A DNA stretch of 64,000 nt from Candidatus Nanopelagicaceae bacterium (GCA_035531535.1 DATKSV010000099.1:340-64339); one strand, 5' to 3'; positions 1 through 9,163 are shown, counted from the first letter of the stretch. The notes: generated from the sequence alone by a model not told the origin. Program-made: numbers and translations.

Positions 1-28
1 TACCCAGCGACTTCACCGGATGGCACAG

Positions 29-1313
29 TCATCCGACGGGCGTCCAGATTCGGTCGACCGGAAGAAGCAGCAGCCGTTCCGCGAAGGTGTACGAAGGATA
101 AACCGGGTACAACGCGGGCCCGGCGATGAATGCAGGGCCGACGGCATCGCATAGCTTGGCCAACGACCGCATCCCATCGCCCAGGCACCAGCGCGGAGGC
201 TTTGCCCTCAAAGGCGACGACGGCCCCGTCGTGGGTACGCCAGCGAGGGTAGCCGGGATCTCATCCAGCCAGCTCGCCTGCTTCACGAGTTCGCCAACTG
301 CGAACGTCTCCAGCCGGTGCCCGAACTCAGTCAGAGCAGTGGGATCGTTCCCCTCCAGTCTCTCAGTGCTCAACCGCAGCGACCCAGCCGCGAGCCCCGA
401 GTCGACGAGGTGAACCTTGGGGACCCCGCTGCTCGGGGCTGCAACGCCGCTCGCTAGGCTCGGAGCCTATAGATCAGAAACCCAGCTTCCAGCAGCCGGA
501 GGTAGTCGGAGGCCACAGTCCGATCCATGCCCAGGACGAGCGCTGCCGCATTCACGTTCAGCACCTGGGCCGTCTGAGCGGCGACCTGGCGCAATAGCGG
601 AGGCAGCTTCTCGCGCAGACGGATTCTTGCCAGCTTGCGGACAGCTCGCTCCAGCACCAAGGTGACGTAGTCGTCGAGCCACCGGTTGCGTCCGGCACCT
701 GCAGAACGGGCCAGCCCCAGTGGCAAGCCGCCCCAGTCACCAGCTGGAGGTAGTGATGCCGGGTCGTGGAGGACGATCCTTGTGCGACAGTGGCTTCCGG
801 ACTGGACACTGCGGCTTCGAGGAGGTTTTCGCGCACACCCCCGAGTTCGGCTGGGGAGGCGGCCAGATGGGCAGAAGGTGAAGGCGGCGGGTCAAAGACT
901 GCTCGGCCCGGGGGACGGCCCCGTACAGGGTCGATCCGGCCAGGACGAAGCGGCCGGGGCGAGATCGCGATTCAGCTCCGACGTAATGGCGTCGGGGATG
1001 CCGGGAACGTGCTGATACTCATCGACTCACACGGTGTCCGGCCGGCCACCAGCATCGCCGGGTCGGCTGGAGCGATCTCTCGGAGCGCAGGATCGCCGAG
1101 GTCCACGATGTCGGCGCCCAACTCGCGAGCCAGTTGCTGAAGCAGCGTCGACCGGCCCACGGTGGGCGGACCCTTAGCGGCCACGACGGGCTCTACTGCC
1201 AGTCGGCTCGCTGCAACCTCAAGTGCACGCCGGGCAACCAGGTGGGAGAGGCGTGGTTCCAACCTGGCGCTCGCCCTGGGCCATCGCCTCCATCGACCAA
1301 GCCCGGACGTCAT
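29..1313 (-). pseudogene. AAA+ ATPase (AAA_14 N-terminal domain + DUF4143 C-terminal domain), disrupted by frameshifts
   Basis: Three minus-strand ORF pieces in different frames (972-1313, 454-726, 29-373) together read like one ~428-aa protein. N-terminus has Walker-A-like GPPTVGRSTLLQQLA. Middle has DUF4143-like LLRQVAAQTAQVLNVNAAALVLGMDRTVASDYLRLLEAGFLIYRL. C-terminal end is ...AERLLLLPVDRIW. At least two frame changes are needed. Confidence 0.6.
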
Positions 1314-1602
1314 GGAGAAGGCGGCGCCATACCACCATAGCGAGGAGGTTTACGCCGCGAGTTCGCGGGTGGTTACGCCACGTTTACGAGGGCTGTGCGA
1401 GCGGCCCTAGACCAATACCCAGGGTCACCACCCAGCAAGACTCGGGGACCACCTGGCCGGAGAGTCTGACCTTCCCCCGCTCGTCTCCGGCAACACCGGC
1501 ACAGTCACGGGACCGGTTCTACCCCGCGAGAGTCGGGAGGAGCTCTGTGGTCCACCAATCCCCTGCCGACTACCATCAGGAGACGGAGGGAAAGCAAGGG
1601 CC

Positions 1603-1905
1603 TTAGCCAGAAACCGGGGACAACCAGCCCTGATCGAGGTCGAGGTGGCGGCGGACGTCAGGCCCGGCCGCTTTCACCGAGACGCGCACTGACCGACGAG
1701 CGGGTGATCTACCGCAACGGCTACCCGGCCAGGACCTGGGACACGAGGGGGGGCCGGCTGGAGTTGGAGATCTCCAGGGTCCGTCAGTGGAGCTTCCTGG
1801 CCATGCTGCTAGAGCCCAGGTGGCGAATTGAGCTGGCCCTCGGGCCAGCGCAGAGGTGGGGAATTTCAGTGATCAGGTCTGGGGAGTTTCAGATGACCCT
1901 CAGCA
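1603..1905 (+). mobile_element. Degenerate IS256-family transposase fragment, copy 1 (ends with 39-bp element A at 1867-1905)
   Basis: Translation ...LIEVEVAADVRPGRFHRDAH*PTSGVIYRNGYPARTWDTRGGRLELEISRVRQWSFLAMLLEPRWRIELAL matches the conserved RNGYxxRxWDTRxGxxxLxIPKxRxGSYFPxxLEPRRR core of IS256/mutator transposases. It has an in-frame stop and covers only ~90 codons. It is a 303-bp direct repeat of 3450-3752. Confidence 0.65.
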
Positions 1906-2086
1906 GTGGCCGGTTTCAACCAGAATGGGTGGCCGATTTGCTCCGGAATCCACAGTATCTCGAGATTGGCGGCTACCCAAAGGCAGTTGGCGGCCGGCGG
2001 CGGGCCAATCGCATCGAGACGCCGACCTGACAGGCCACTTGGGACGTCGTGCGCGGCGACGCCGTCACGAACGCGATGAACGAGAT

Positions 2087-2125
2087 CAGTGATCAGGTCT
2101 GGGGAGTTTTAGATGATCCTCAGCA
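2087..2125 (+). repeat. Solo copy (B) of the 39-bp element cagtgatcaggtctggggagttt[c/t]agatga[c/t]cctcagca
   Basis: Two mismatches to copy A (1867-1905) and several more to copy C (3714-3752). Lies 12 nt beyond the stop of the AbiEii-like gene. Confidence 0.8.
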
Positions 2126-2137
2126 ACCCTCCGGACC

Positions 2138-2932
2138 CTATGGTTGGTCGTACACCAAACCGCGGCGGCTCGGAATGGCGATGCGCCGGGTGACGCTCTC
2201 GGCTTCACGCAAGAGAAAACTCCGGAGCGTAGCGTCATCAAGTGGAACCCGCATCATGCTGCGCAGGCCAGGTGGGACTATCTCCTCGGTCTGCGTCGGA
2301 GCCAGGAACGCATCCACCCACCCGAGCCGGTCCACCAGCATCCCCTGGTCCTTCGCGAACAACAAGGGTTCGAGGTCGGCGATGTCTTGCTTCAGGATCG
2401 TGACTATGGCCCAAACGTCCACGGCGTCGCGGGGGGCACGTCGGCTGTAGAAGGCATGGAGCTTGTCCACGAACAGGTCGAGGGCGCCCAGAACGTTCAC
2501 CCCCTCGATTCGGCCGAGGTCCCCGAGCCTCGGAGCGGCGGCCACCCCGATGTCCACCTTGAGGGTGCCATCGGAGCGCGTTACCAGGAAGCCTTGGAAC
2601 GTCGGGTACCGCCGGGAGCGACTGACAGTTGCCCCGGGGAGGATGGTGGGCAGGTCGCTCATCACGCGCTCACCGAGCAGTGGGACTGCGTCTGCCTCGA
2701 AAGAGAAGATGTCCAGATCCTCGCTCAGCCGATGACCCAAGTAGTACTCGGACAGCGCAGTGCCACCCGCGAGGGCGAACGACTCCGCCTCGGGGATACT
2801 GAAGACGGCTTGGAGCGCCTCCTCTTGGAACGGGGTGATGATCCCGTGCTTACGAGGCGCTGGCGGCGTGCTCAAGGAAGAACCTCCATGTTCTCTTGCG
2901 ACGAACCGGCAAGGCGTCCAGCTCGCTGGCAA
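2138..2932 (-). CDS. Nucleotidyltransferase AbiEii/AbiGii-type toxin (DUF1814 family)
   Basis: FALAGGTALSEYYLGHRLSEDLDIFS matches the GGTAL...R.S.DLDF signature of DUF1814 nucleotidyltransferase toxins. Sits directly downstream of, and overlapping, an HTH gene. True start is uncertain: TTG at 2932 or TTG at 2875. Confidence 0.8.
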   Translation of the reverse strand: MPASWTPCRFVAREHGGSSLSTPPAPRKHGIITPFQEEALQAVFSIPEAESFALAGGTALSEYYLGHRLSEDLDIFSFEADAVPLLGERVMSDLPTILPGATVSRSRRYPTFQGFLVTRSDGTLKVDIGVAAAPRLGDLGRIEGVNVLGALDLFVDKLHAFYSRRAPRDAVDVWAIVTILKQDIADLEPLLFAKDQGMLVDRLGWVDAFLAPTQTEEIVPPGLRSMMRVPLDDATLRSFLLREAESVTRRIAIPSRRGLVYDQP

Positions 2933-3344
2933 TCAAAGTCGGAGAGACTAGCCGCCATATGTCTTCCCACTTCGCCTCGTCCAGAACAGTGGCGAGCATG
3001 GCTCGACGCCGCGCCACGTTCTGGCTTTGCAAGGCGTTCGCCACTTCCCTCCAGGAGGTGTCCGACGACCACATGAAATAGGGCCGGCACCCCCACTCCC
3101 GCTCGGTCATCGGGAAGCGGCCAAGCATCGGTCGGATGGGGGCTGCCCCTTGGCCGCCCTTTGGCCTGGTCGTTCCTTCGCGACAGGCATCCAACAGTCG
3201 AGCAAGCGTCCTGACCGAAGGCGAAACCGTACCTCTCTCATAACAGCTCACCGCCGCTTGGGATGTACCCGCCAGCCGAGCCAGCGTCCTTTGGGACAGG
3301 CCAGCGCTCTCTCTCGTAGTCCGAAGCATCGTCACGGAGTCCAT
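2850..3344 (-). CDS. XRE-family HTH protein, presumed antitoxin/regulator of the AbiEii-like toxin
   Basis: N-terminal HTH RESAGLSQRTLARLAGTSQAAVSCYERGTVSPSVRTLARLL. Overlaps the downstream nucleotidyltransferase gene in operon arrangement. Confidence 0.7.
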   Translation of the reverse strand: MDSVTMLRTTRESAGLSQRTLARLAGTSQAAVSCYERGTVSPSVRTLARLLDACREGTTRPKGGQGAAPIRPMLGRFPMTEREWGCRPYFMWSSDTSWREVANALQSQNVARRRAMLATVLDEAKWEDIWRLVSPTLIASELDALPVRRKRTWRFFLEHAASAS

Positions 3345-3449
3345 GCCGACATGATATCACATCTGATATCAGCCGATCACTGGGACGCCTTGCCAACGCC
3401 CTGGCAAGGCGGAATGCAAGTGGTCGACTATCCGGGTTACTGGCAGGTT

Positions 3450-3752
3450 TTAGCCAGAATCAGGGGACAACCAGCCCTGATCGAGGTCGAGGTGGCGGCG
3501 GACATCAGGGCCGGTCGCTTGCACCGGAATGCGCACTGGCCGACGAGCGGGTGATCTACCGCAACGGCGACCCGGCCAGGACCTGGGAGATGAGGGTGGG
3601 TCGGCTGGAGTTGGAGATCCCCAGGGTCCGTCAGTGGAGCTTCCTGGCCATGCTGCTAGAGCCCACGTGGCGAATTGAGGTGGCTCTCGGGCCGGCTCAG
3701 AGGTGGGGAGTGTCAGTGATCAGGTCAAGGGAGTTTCAGATAATCTTCAGCA
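3450..3752 (+). mobile_element. Degenerate IS256-family transposase fragment, copy 2 (ends with 39-bp element C at 3714-3752)
   Basis: Same length (303 bp) as 1603-1905 and collinear with it, with scattered substitutions. Translation ...IYRNGDPARTWEMRVGRLELEIPRVRQWSFLAMLLEPTWRIEVAL. The frame is broken by a stop upstream. Confidence 0.65.
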
Positions 3753-3833
3753 CCGTGTGATCATCTTCTCCCTCGGGGATGGTCCTCAGCACCGGTCCCG
3801 TACTCCTCGAAGAGAACTGCGGAAAGTTGGTAG

Positions 3834-4271
3834 TGCAGGCCGTGGCATGTTGGCATCAAGGGAAAGCGCTACATCGTCGACTCCGGCCTCGCCGCGGCCG
3901 TGGCCGGAGTCACTTCCGCGGCGATCTTCGCGGACAGTGACCTCCTGGGCCGTTGCTTCGACGCTTTCGGGATGGGACAGTTGAGGCCGGAGATCGCCAT
4001 CTCCCAACCATTCCCCCGGATCCATCACTTGCGCGTCGAGGCGGGTCGGCGGGAGGTCGACCTTGTCGTCGAAGTCGGGCCTACGCGCGTGGTTGGTCTC
4101 GAGTTCAAGGCGGGGTCGGCCGCCGGCAGGAAAGACGCGAAGCACCTGTTCTGGTTGCGAGATCAGCTGGGTGCGGGAGTCGCCGCTGGCGCTGTTGTCC
4201 ACAGCGGACCCGGCCTATACGAACTTGGTGAGCGGGTGTATGCGGTCCCCCTTTGCGCGCTCTGGTCGTGA
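3834..4271 (+). pseudogene. 5'-truncated AAA_14/DUF4143 ATPase gene (C-terminal DUF4143 part only)
   Basis: In-frame translation ...KGKRYIVDSGLAAAVAGVTSAAIFADSDLLGRCFDAFGMGQLRPE...HLRVEAGRREVDLVVEVGPTRVVGLEFKAGSAAGRKDAKHLFWLRDQLG...GERVYAVPLCALWS resembles DUF4143 C-terminal halves. No ATPase N-terminus is present. It abuts the IS256 relic. Confidence 0.55.
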
Positions 4272-4783
4272 CGCCGTCACACGCGAATTCGGAGCGGGCC
4301 CTCGATTGGGAAAAGTTAAGCGCCAGTGGGGAAGGTTAGGTAAGGTTCGTGCGGCGACCGGCGGTCTGCTCCAGATAGTGTCGACCCGATCGAGTCCGTG
4401 GTCCGGTTGGCCCATCTTTGGCGCCATGTCGACAGGTGTGGCACCCCCGCCTCGAGCATCCTCGTGTGGTCAATTCCGGTGACCGCCACCGTCAGATTCA
4501 CGGCCGTCCCCGGTCAGAATCTCATGGCCGCCGACAGGGTGGGACGCGAAGTGAGCCGGACTTCGCCAGGGCACCGTTGTGGGCCTCAGCGGCGGCGGGT
4601 CACTCGCACAAGAATGGGCGCACGGAGTCGCCGGCACCCAAAGCTGTGGGCACCTGCACGTCGACGCGCCCCCCTGCTCGTCGTCCCACGAGGGCGTCAT
4701 GTGTCGGTCAAGTAGCTAACAGCGGATATAGTCGTTGCTATGTGCGATAATGGCGCCTATAGTCCTCATTAGGATCACGCCTG

Positions 4784-5080
4784 ATGTACAAGACACCTCC
4801 AGCGGTCGAGCGAGGCGGTCGTCGCCTCGGCGAGAACATGACGACCTGGCGGAAGCTCAACGGGCTCTCGGCCGGAGTCGTCGCGGAGCGTGCCGGGATC
4901 TCGAGGGACACCCTTCGCTCGATCGAGCATGGCACCGGCTCGGCGAGCTCGGAGAACCTGCTCCGGGTCATGAGGGTTCTCGGGATCCTGGACAGGGTCG
5001 TCGACGCGGCTGACCCGTACGAGACCGACGTGGGCCGCCTGCGCGCCGACGAGCGCCTGCCGCAGCGCGTGCGGACCTGA
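4784..5080 (+). CDS. hipB: HipB-like XRE-HTH antitoxin
   Basis: HTH WRKLNGLSAGVVAERAGISRDTLRSIEHG. Ends 6 nt before hipA. Confidence 0.75.
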   Translation: MYKTPPAVERGGRRLGENMTTWRKLNGLSAGVVAERAGISRDTLRSIEHGTGSASSENLLRVMRVLGILDRVVDAADPYETDVGRLRADERLPQRVRT

Positions 5081-5086
5081 TCGGCC

Positions 5087-6388
5087 ATGGCCATCGAGCG
5101 CGAGCCGGTCGAGGTGACCGTCGAGATCGACGGCGACGAGCTTGTCGCGGGCGTGCTTCGAGTCCACGACCGTCGCGGGCAGAGCGCGACGTTCGCCTAT
5201 AGCGAGGGGTACCTTCGGGATCCGCGCGCCTATCCGCTCGACCCCGCGCTCCAGTTGGGGCTTGCCAGCTACCAGACACCGCCCGGAAAGGAGATCTTCA
5301 ATGCCTTCTCCGATGGCGCTCCCGACAGGTGGGGGCGGAGTCTGATGATGAGAGCGGCGCGCGGCCGGCAGCCTGGCACCGGCCCGCGGTCGCTCACCAC
5401 CGCCGACTTTCTCCTCGGAACCCGCGACGACCTGCGTCAGGGAGCGATCCGCCTCCGACGCCCCGGGTCCGGTCACTACTGGTCGCCATCAGGCGAGGGT
5501 GTCCCACACCTCCTTTCCCTCCCGGCGCTTCTAGGCGCCACGGACCGCTTCGTCGAGGGCGACCTCGACGACGAGGCGCAGGCGATCAAGGATCTCGTCG
5601 CCGCCGGCTCGTCGCTCGGAGGCGCCCGCCCGAAGGCAGCCATGCGCGCCTCCGACGGCGCGCTCGCCATGGCGAAGTTCCCCCGCAAGGGGAGCGACGA
5701 ATGGGACGTGGCCGGATGGGAGAAGCTGGAAGCCGATCTGGCCGATCGCGCCGGGATCTCGGTAGCTTCGAGTGAACTCATCAAGGTCGCCGGACGCAAC
5801 GTGCTGGTCCTCGCTCGGTTCGACCGCGCAGGCGATCGCCGGATCGGCTTCGCCAGTGCGCTCACGATGCTGGAGGCAAGCGACCATGAGACGCGCAGCT
5901 ATCTAGAGATTGCCGAGGTCCTCACCAAGGAGTCGAACTCCCCCGGCAGAGACCTGCAGGAGCTCTACCGGCGCATCGTCTTCTCGGTGCTGACGAGTAA
6001 CACCGACGACCACCTCCGCAACCACGGCTTCCTTCGCCAGGGCCGCGGGTGGGCCCTCGCTCCAGCCTATGACATGAACCCGAGCCCCGAGGCATCCGGC
6101 CACCAGGCGACGGCGGTCGGGATCGACGACACCCGGTCGAGCCTGGAGCTCTGCGTCGAAGTCAGTTCCGAATTTAGGCTTCAGCTGGCGGAAGCAAAGC
6201 TCATCGTGGCGTCCATTGCTGCCGCGACGTCGACCTGGCGGCAGGAGGCGACGCGCATGGGCCTGCCCGCTCAGGAGGTTGCTCGCATGGCAGCTGCCTT
6301 CGAGTCACCGGAGCGTGCCCTGGTGCCCAAGCTGACGGCGCCGCGCGTGGCGATGGATGGAGCCCCTCTCGGTGAGGTGGGCCCCTGA
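5087..6388 (+). CDS. hipA: HipA-family serine/threonine kinase toxin
   Basis: Has LGGARPKAAM, the catalytic-loop-like NTDDHLRNHGFL and APAYDMNPSP. The 433-aa length is typical. Confidence 0.9.
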   Translation: MAIEREPVEVTVEIDGDELVAGVLRVHDRRGQSATFAYSEGYLRDPRAYPLDPALQLGLASYQTPPGKEIFNAFSDGAPDRWGRSLMMRAARGRQPGTGPRSLTTADFLLGTRDDLRQGAIRLRRPGSGHYWSPSGEGVPHLLSLPALLGATDRFVEGDLDDEAQAIKDLVAAGSSLGGARPKAAMRASDGALAMAKFPRKGSDEWDVAGWEKLEADLADRAGISVASSELIKVAGRNVLVLARFDRAGDRRIGFASALTMLEASDHETRSYLEIAEVLTKESNSPGRDLQELYRRIVFSVLTSNTDDHLRNHGFLRQGRGWALAPAYDMNPSPEASGHQATAVGIDDTRSSLELCVEVSSEFRLQLAEAKLIVASIAAATSTWRQEATRMGLPAQEVARMAAAFESPERALVPKLTAPRVAMDGAPLGEVGP

Positions 6389-6487
6389 GCCGGCCATGAT
6401 CGCCAAGGCGATCGTCTGGTCGCCCAAAGCCGCCGACTGGCGCGCGCGGTGCGGCCGCCCGGGAAGTCCTCCCGGTCATGGACCCAC

Positions 6488-7098
6488 TCAGCCGTCGGGG
6501 TGGAACACGGGTGCGAACCACAAGACCGGAGATGCGAAGGGCTGGTTCGCTGGGCCGATGTTTCGGTCCACAACCAAACGCTGGCCGCCGCGACTGTCAT
6601 ACAAGTACTTATCGAGGCGCTCGGCAAAGTGTTCGAACGCGTTTCGCACCCGCCGCGTCTCCAGCGGTGACGGTGCCTTGAGATTATCCAGAGCGCGTCG
6701 GAGTTCTCTTCCGCGCCCCCGCGCCTGCGCGCCGTCTTCGGCTGCCCCGGGGGACAGCGGTCGGCCGTGGCTGTCAACTCCACCTGGCGTCGGCCACAGG
6801 AGCTTAGACAGCATGGCCGCAGCGCCGAGCAGCGCCGAGCAGCGCCGAGCAGCGCCTGCGCACTCGCCAAGTCACGAGGTACGGCCACTGCTCCTGACAG
6901 CGCCAGGGACCCGTTGAGCTCCGTGACCGCGAGGCTGTCCGCGCTGGTGTTGGGGATGATGACACCGAGGCGGGCGCGGCCCATGCGGCCCGCATTGACC
7001 TCCACGGAGGGCTTCGACCGCAAGCGGATCGTGGCCCGGGGGCCCGCCCCAAGTACATCCTGGCCGACCTGGCCAGCCCTCGGATCACCACCCACCAC
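6488..7098 (-). pseudogene. Possible HEPN-motif protein gene split by a frameshift inside a 10-bp tandem repeat
   Basis: The downstream piece (6488-6814) contains RRVRNAFEHFAERL, i.e. the RNxxxH (Rx4-6H) HEPN motif. A protein-like N-terminal piece starts at 7098 ([10 protein letters not shown]...SAQALLGAA) in another frame. The two frames meet at the repeat 6821-6856. Confidence 0.4.
6821..6856. repeat. Tandem repeat (agcgccgagc) x3.6
   Basis: Read directly: agcgccgagc agcgccgagc agcgccgagc agcgcc. The unit is 10 bp, not a multiple of 3. Confidence 0.95.
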
Positions 7099-7425
7099 GA
7101 CTCCGACAGGCTGGCGCAGATCCTGATGAAGAGGGTCTGGGCTAGCAGCTAGGGCCTGTGCCGCAGGTCCTCTTGCCCCGGGCTATGGCCACGGTGCCCC
7201 TGGCAGCAGGGCGGACGGGATCCCCAGCCGCAACTCTTCAGGTCGGTGGGGCCAAGCCTCCTGGGACACCCGCGACCGGAGCACGGCGGGGGGAGCCGAC
7301 GCGCCCATGGCACGTTGCCGCAGCTCACGGATCTAGGTCAACCTTTCATCAAGGTGGTGCTGGGGCGGAGTCTGGGCCATCTGGGTCGTGGTGCCCGCAA
7401 CATCGGCTCTGACCGGCTGCAGAGC

Positions 7426-7857
7426 TCAGATCGGCACCACCGTCACGTCTGCCATGTCCGCGGTCAGAGCTCGGAGGTCACCCGCATCACCGGTGAGGAG
7501 GCGTACCCGGCGGCCGAGCGCAGCCGCGGTCACGGCAACGATTGCGTCGATGGTGTCGTCCCGGCCGGTTCGGCCGAGTAGCTCCCCGGCGGAGCGGCCA
7601 ATCTGCGATGTCACCGGCTCCTGTTCCAGTCCGGCCAGCAGGCCATGAATCCGAGCGTCGCGAGGGTGGCCGCGGAGGACCTCGGCCAGGGTCACCGCGC
7701 TCAGGTGTACGCTGGCGCCGACCTGCTCTGCGACCGCCAGTTCCGCGCGCACACGTGCGTCGCCCTGGGCACCGGCACCGAGCGCGGTAGCGTCGAGGAC
7801 CACTGCACCCGGTACCGGACCGGACCTCAGCGAGAGGCGCCGACGGCGCTGAGCCAC
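7426..7857 (-). CDS. vapC: PIN-domain toxin (VapC-like)
   Basis: VVLDATALGAG...AVTLAEVLRG...DAIVAVTAAALGRRVRLLTGDAGDL is typical of a PIN fold. The likely real start is GTG at 7803 (MVLDATAL), just after the antitoxin stop. Confidence 0.8.
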   Translation of the reverse strand: MAQRRRRLSLRSGPVPGAVVLDATALGAGAQGDARVRAELAVAEQVGASVHLSAVTLAEVLRGHPRDARIHGLLAGLEQEPVTSQIGRSAGELLGRTGRDDTIDAIVAVTAAALGRRVRLLTGDAGDLRALTADMADVTVVPI

Positions 7858-8069
7858 TGGTCCCGCACCTCCTCGATGACCTCGGCGGGGATCGGGCCGT
7901 ATTCCGCTTCCTGGCCGGTAAGCCAGGCGCGAAGCACCGCTCTGCGTTCCTCGGCCTCTATGGCTTTCGCCACGTAGCGAGAGAGTCCCCTGGCCCCAAC
8001 CCTGTCCCTGATCCGCTCGACGAGCCCGGCGGGCAGGCTCACTGACACCTTGGCGTATTCGCTAGCCAT
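7827..8069 (-). CDS. vapB: Ribbon-helix-helix (CopG-like) antitoxin
   Basis: KVSVSLPAGLVERIRDRVGARGLSRYVAKAIE has the RHH pattern. Lies immediately upstream of the PIN gene. Confidence 0.75.
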   Translation of the reverse strand: MASEYAKVSVSLPAGLVERIRDRVGARGLSRYVAKAIEAEERRAVLRAWLTGQEAEYGPIPAEVIEEVRDQWLSAVGASR

Positions 8070-8076
8070 GTTGCAA

Positions 8077-8093
8077 TCCTACCACCAGTAGGA
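8077..8093. promoter_or_regulatory. Inverted repeat tcctac-N5-gtagga upstream of the RHH antitoxin gene (possible operator)
   Basis: Arms are 8077-8082 and 8088-8093, 8-24 nt upstream of the start codon at 8069. Confidence 0.3.
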
Positions 8094-8234
8094 CTAGGAA
8101 GCCAATCCTCGGTGGCGGCTGGGCCAGGGTCAACGATCTCGCCCTGGCCGTTGTGCGCTAACTCCGCAGTCCGGTCCAAATCCGCCCGATTGTGCAGTGG
8201 GAACCTTCCCCCCGCCAGCAGGCGGCTGAAGCGC

Positions 8235-8253
8235 TAGCACGGTAGCCGTGCTA
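8235..8253. promoter_or_regulatory. Inverted repeat tagcacgg-tag-ccgtgcta upstream of the Phd/YefM-like gene (possible operator)
   Basis: Perfect 8-bp arms, 24 nt upstream of the ATG at 8277. Confidence 0.35.
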
Positions 8254-8276
8254 CGACCAGTGTCAGACTAGTCGTA

Positions 8277-8516
8277 ATGAACATAGGAGCGTACGAGGCC
8301 CGGACTCACCTCGCGCACCTCCTGGATGAGGTGGCGGCTGGCCGGCGCTTCACCATAACCAAGCACGGGGTACCGGTTGCCGTGATCGCTCCGCCGGGCC
8401 CTGGCCATCCCCCGGAATCCCGACAGGCAACCCTGGCTGCTCTGAGAGAGTTCCGGCGAGGTCTGACCCGGGGACAGCTCGAGCTGAGCACGCTGATCGA
8501 GGAGGGACGCCGGTGA
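8277..8516 (+). CDS. Phd/YefM-family antitoxin
   Basis: MNIGAYEARTHLAHLLDEVAAGRRFTITKHGVPVAVIAP is the typical Phd/YefM N-terminus. Has a 4-nt overlap with the downstream PIN gene. Confidence 0.8.
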   Translation: MNIGAYEARTHLAHLLDEVAAGRRFTITKHGVPVAVIAPPGPGHPPESRQATLAALREFRRGLTRGQLELSTLIEEGRR

Positions 8517-8938
8517 CGTTCGTCGTCGACGCCTCGATTGCGCTGGCGTGGTGCTTCGCAGATCAGACGACTGCGATCTCCGAGTCCGCCCTGGATCGGC
8601 TGGGTCACGATGACGCGCTGGTGCCTGGTCTTTGGGCTCTTGAGGTCGCCAACGTGCTCGTCTTGGCGGAGCGGCGTGGCCGGCTCAACCCAGCTCAGAC
8701 AGCGCGCTTCCTGGAGCTGCTCAGGCAACTTCCCATCACGGTCGAGGAGATCGGGCGCGACGCCATCCTCACCACCGTTCTGGACCTGGCGAGGTCAAGC
8801 GAGCTGACTGCGTACAACGCTCCATACCTCGCCCTCGCGGCGGCCTCCGGAGTGCCGCTGGCTACCGGCGATGCAGCCCTGCGCCGGGCTGCTCTCGCGG
8901 TGGGTGTGGATCTGGTCATGCCCTCAGAGGGTCGCTGA
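8513..8938 (+). CDS. vapC: PIN-domain toxin (VapC-like)
   Basis: MTFVVDASIALAW...LWALEVANVL...AYNAPYLALAAASGVPLATGDAAL. Confidence 0.85.
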   Translation: MTFVVDASIALAWCFADQTTAISESALDRLGHDDALVPGLWALEVANVLVLAERRGRLNPAQTARFLELLRQLPITVEEIGRDAILTTVLDLARSSELTAYNAPYLALAAASGVPLATGDAALRRAALAVGVDLVMPSEGR

Positions 8939-9163
8939 GCGGCGGGCGGGGAAGATGCTCAGTGGCGTCTCCACCTCCCCGACAGCGATTGGAGGCATTC
9001 TCTTCGGGCACCCAGCTCACGCGCTCCAGCACTTCGGTCCCAAGGCGCTCGGATACGCCCCGTTCAGAGTCGCTTAGAGTTGCAGAGACGCTGCCAAGCC
9101 GGCACCGCACGGTGCCGGAACGATGGGAAACCACGTGGGCAATCTCGTCGGGAGCGTAGCCCG

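Noticed and set aside
4700-4783. HipB operator sites upstream of hipB.
   Set aside because: There are two tatagtc half-sites and a gataat -10-like box, but no convincing dyad like the E. coli TATCC-N8-GGATA. This is too weak to call.
6821-6856. A CRISPR array or other spaced repeats.
   Set aside because: The only short repeats are a contiguous 10-bp tandem repeat (no spacers) and three dispersed 39-bp elements at irregular distances (1867, 2087, 3714). No cas genes are present. No CRISPR exists in the window.
6271-7098. A single 275-aa ORF on the minus strand.
   Set aside because: Only its first ~90 codons are protein-like. After the 10-bp repeat it becomes Arg/Cys/Trp-rich and runs antisense into the hipA 3' end. 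The HEPN-motif frame (6488-6814) is the plausible continuation.
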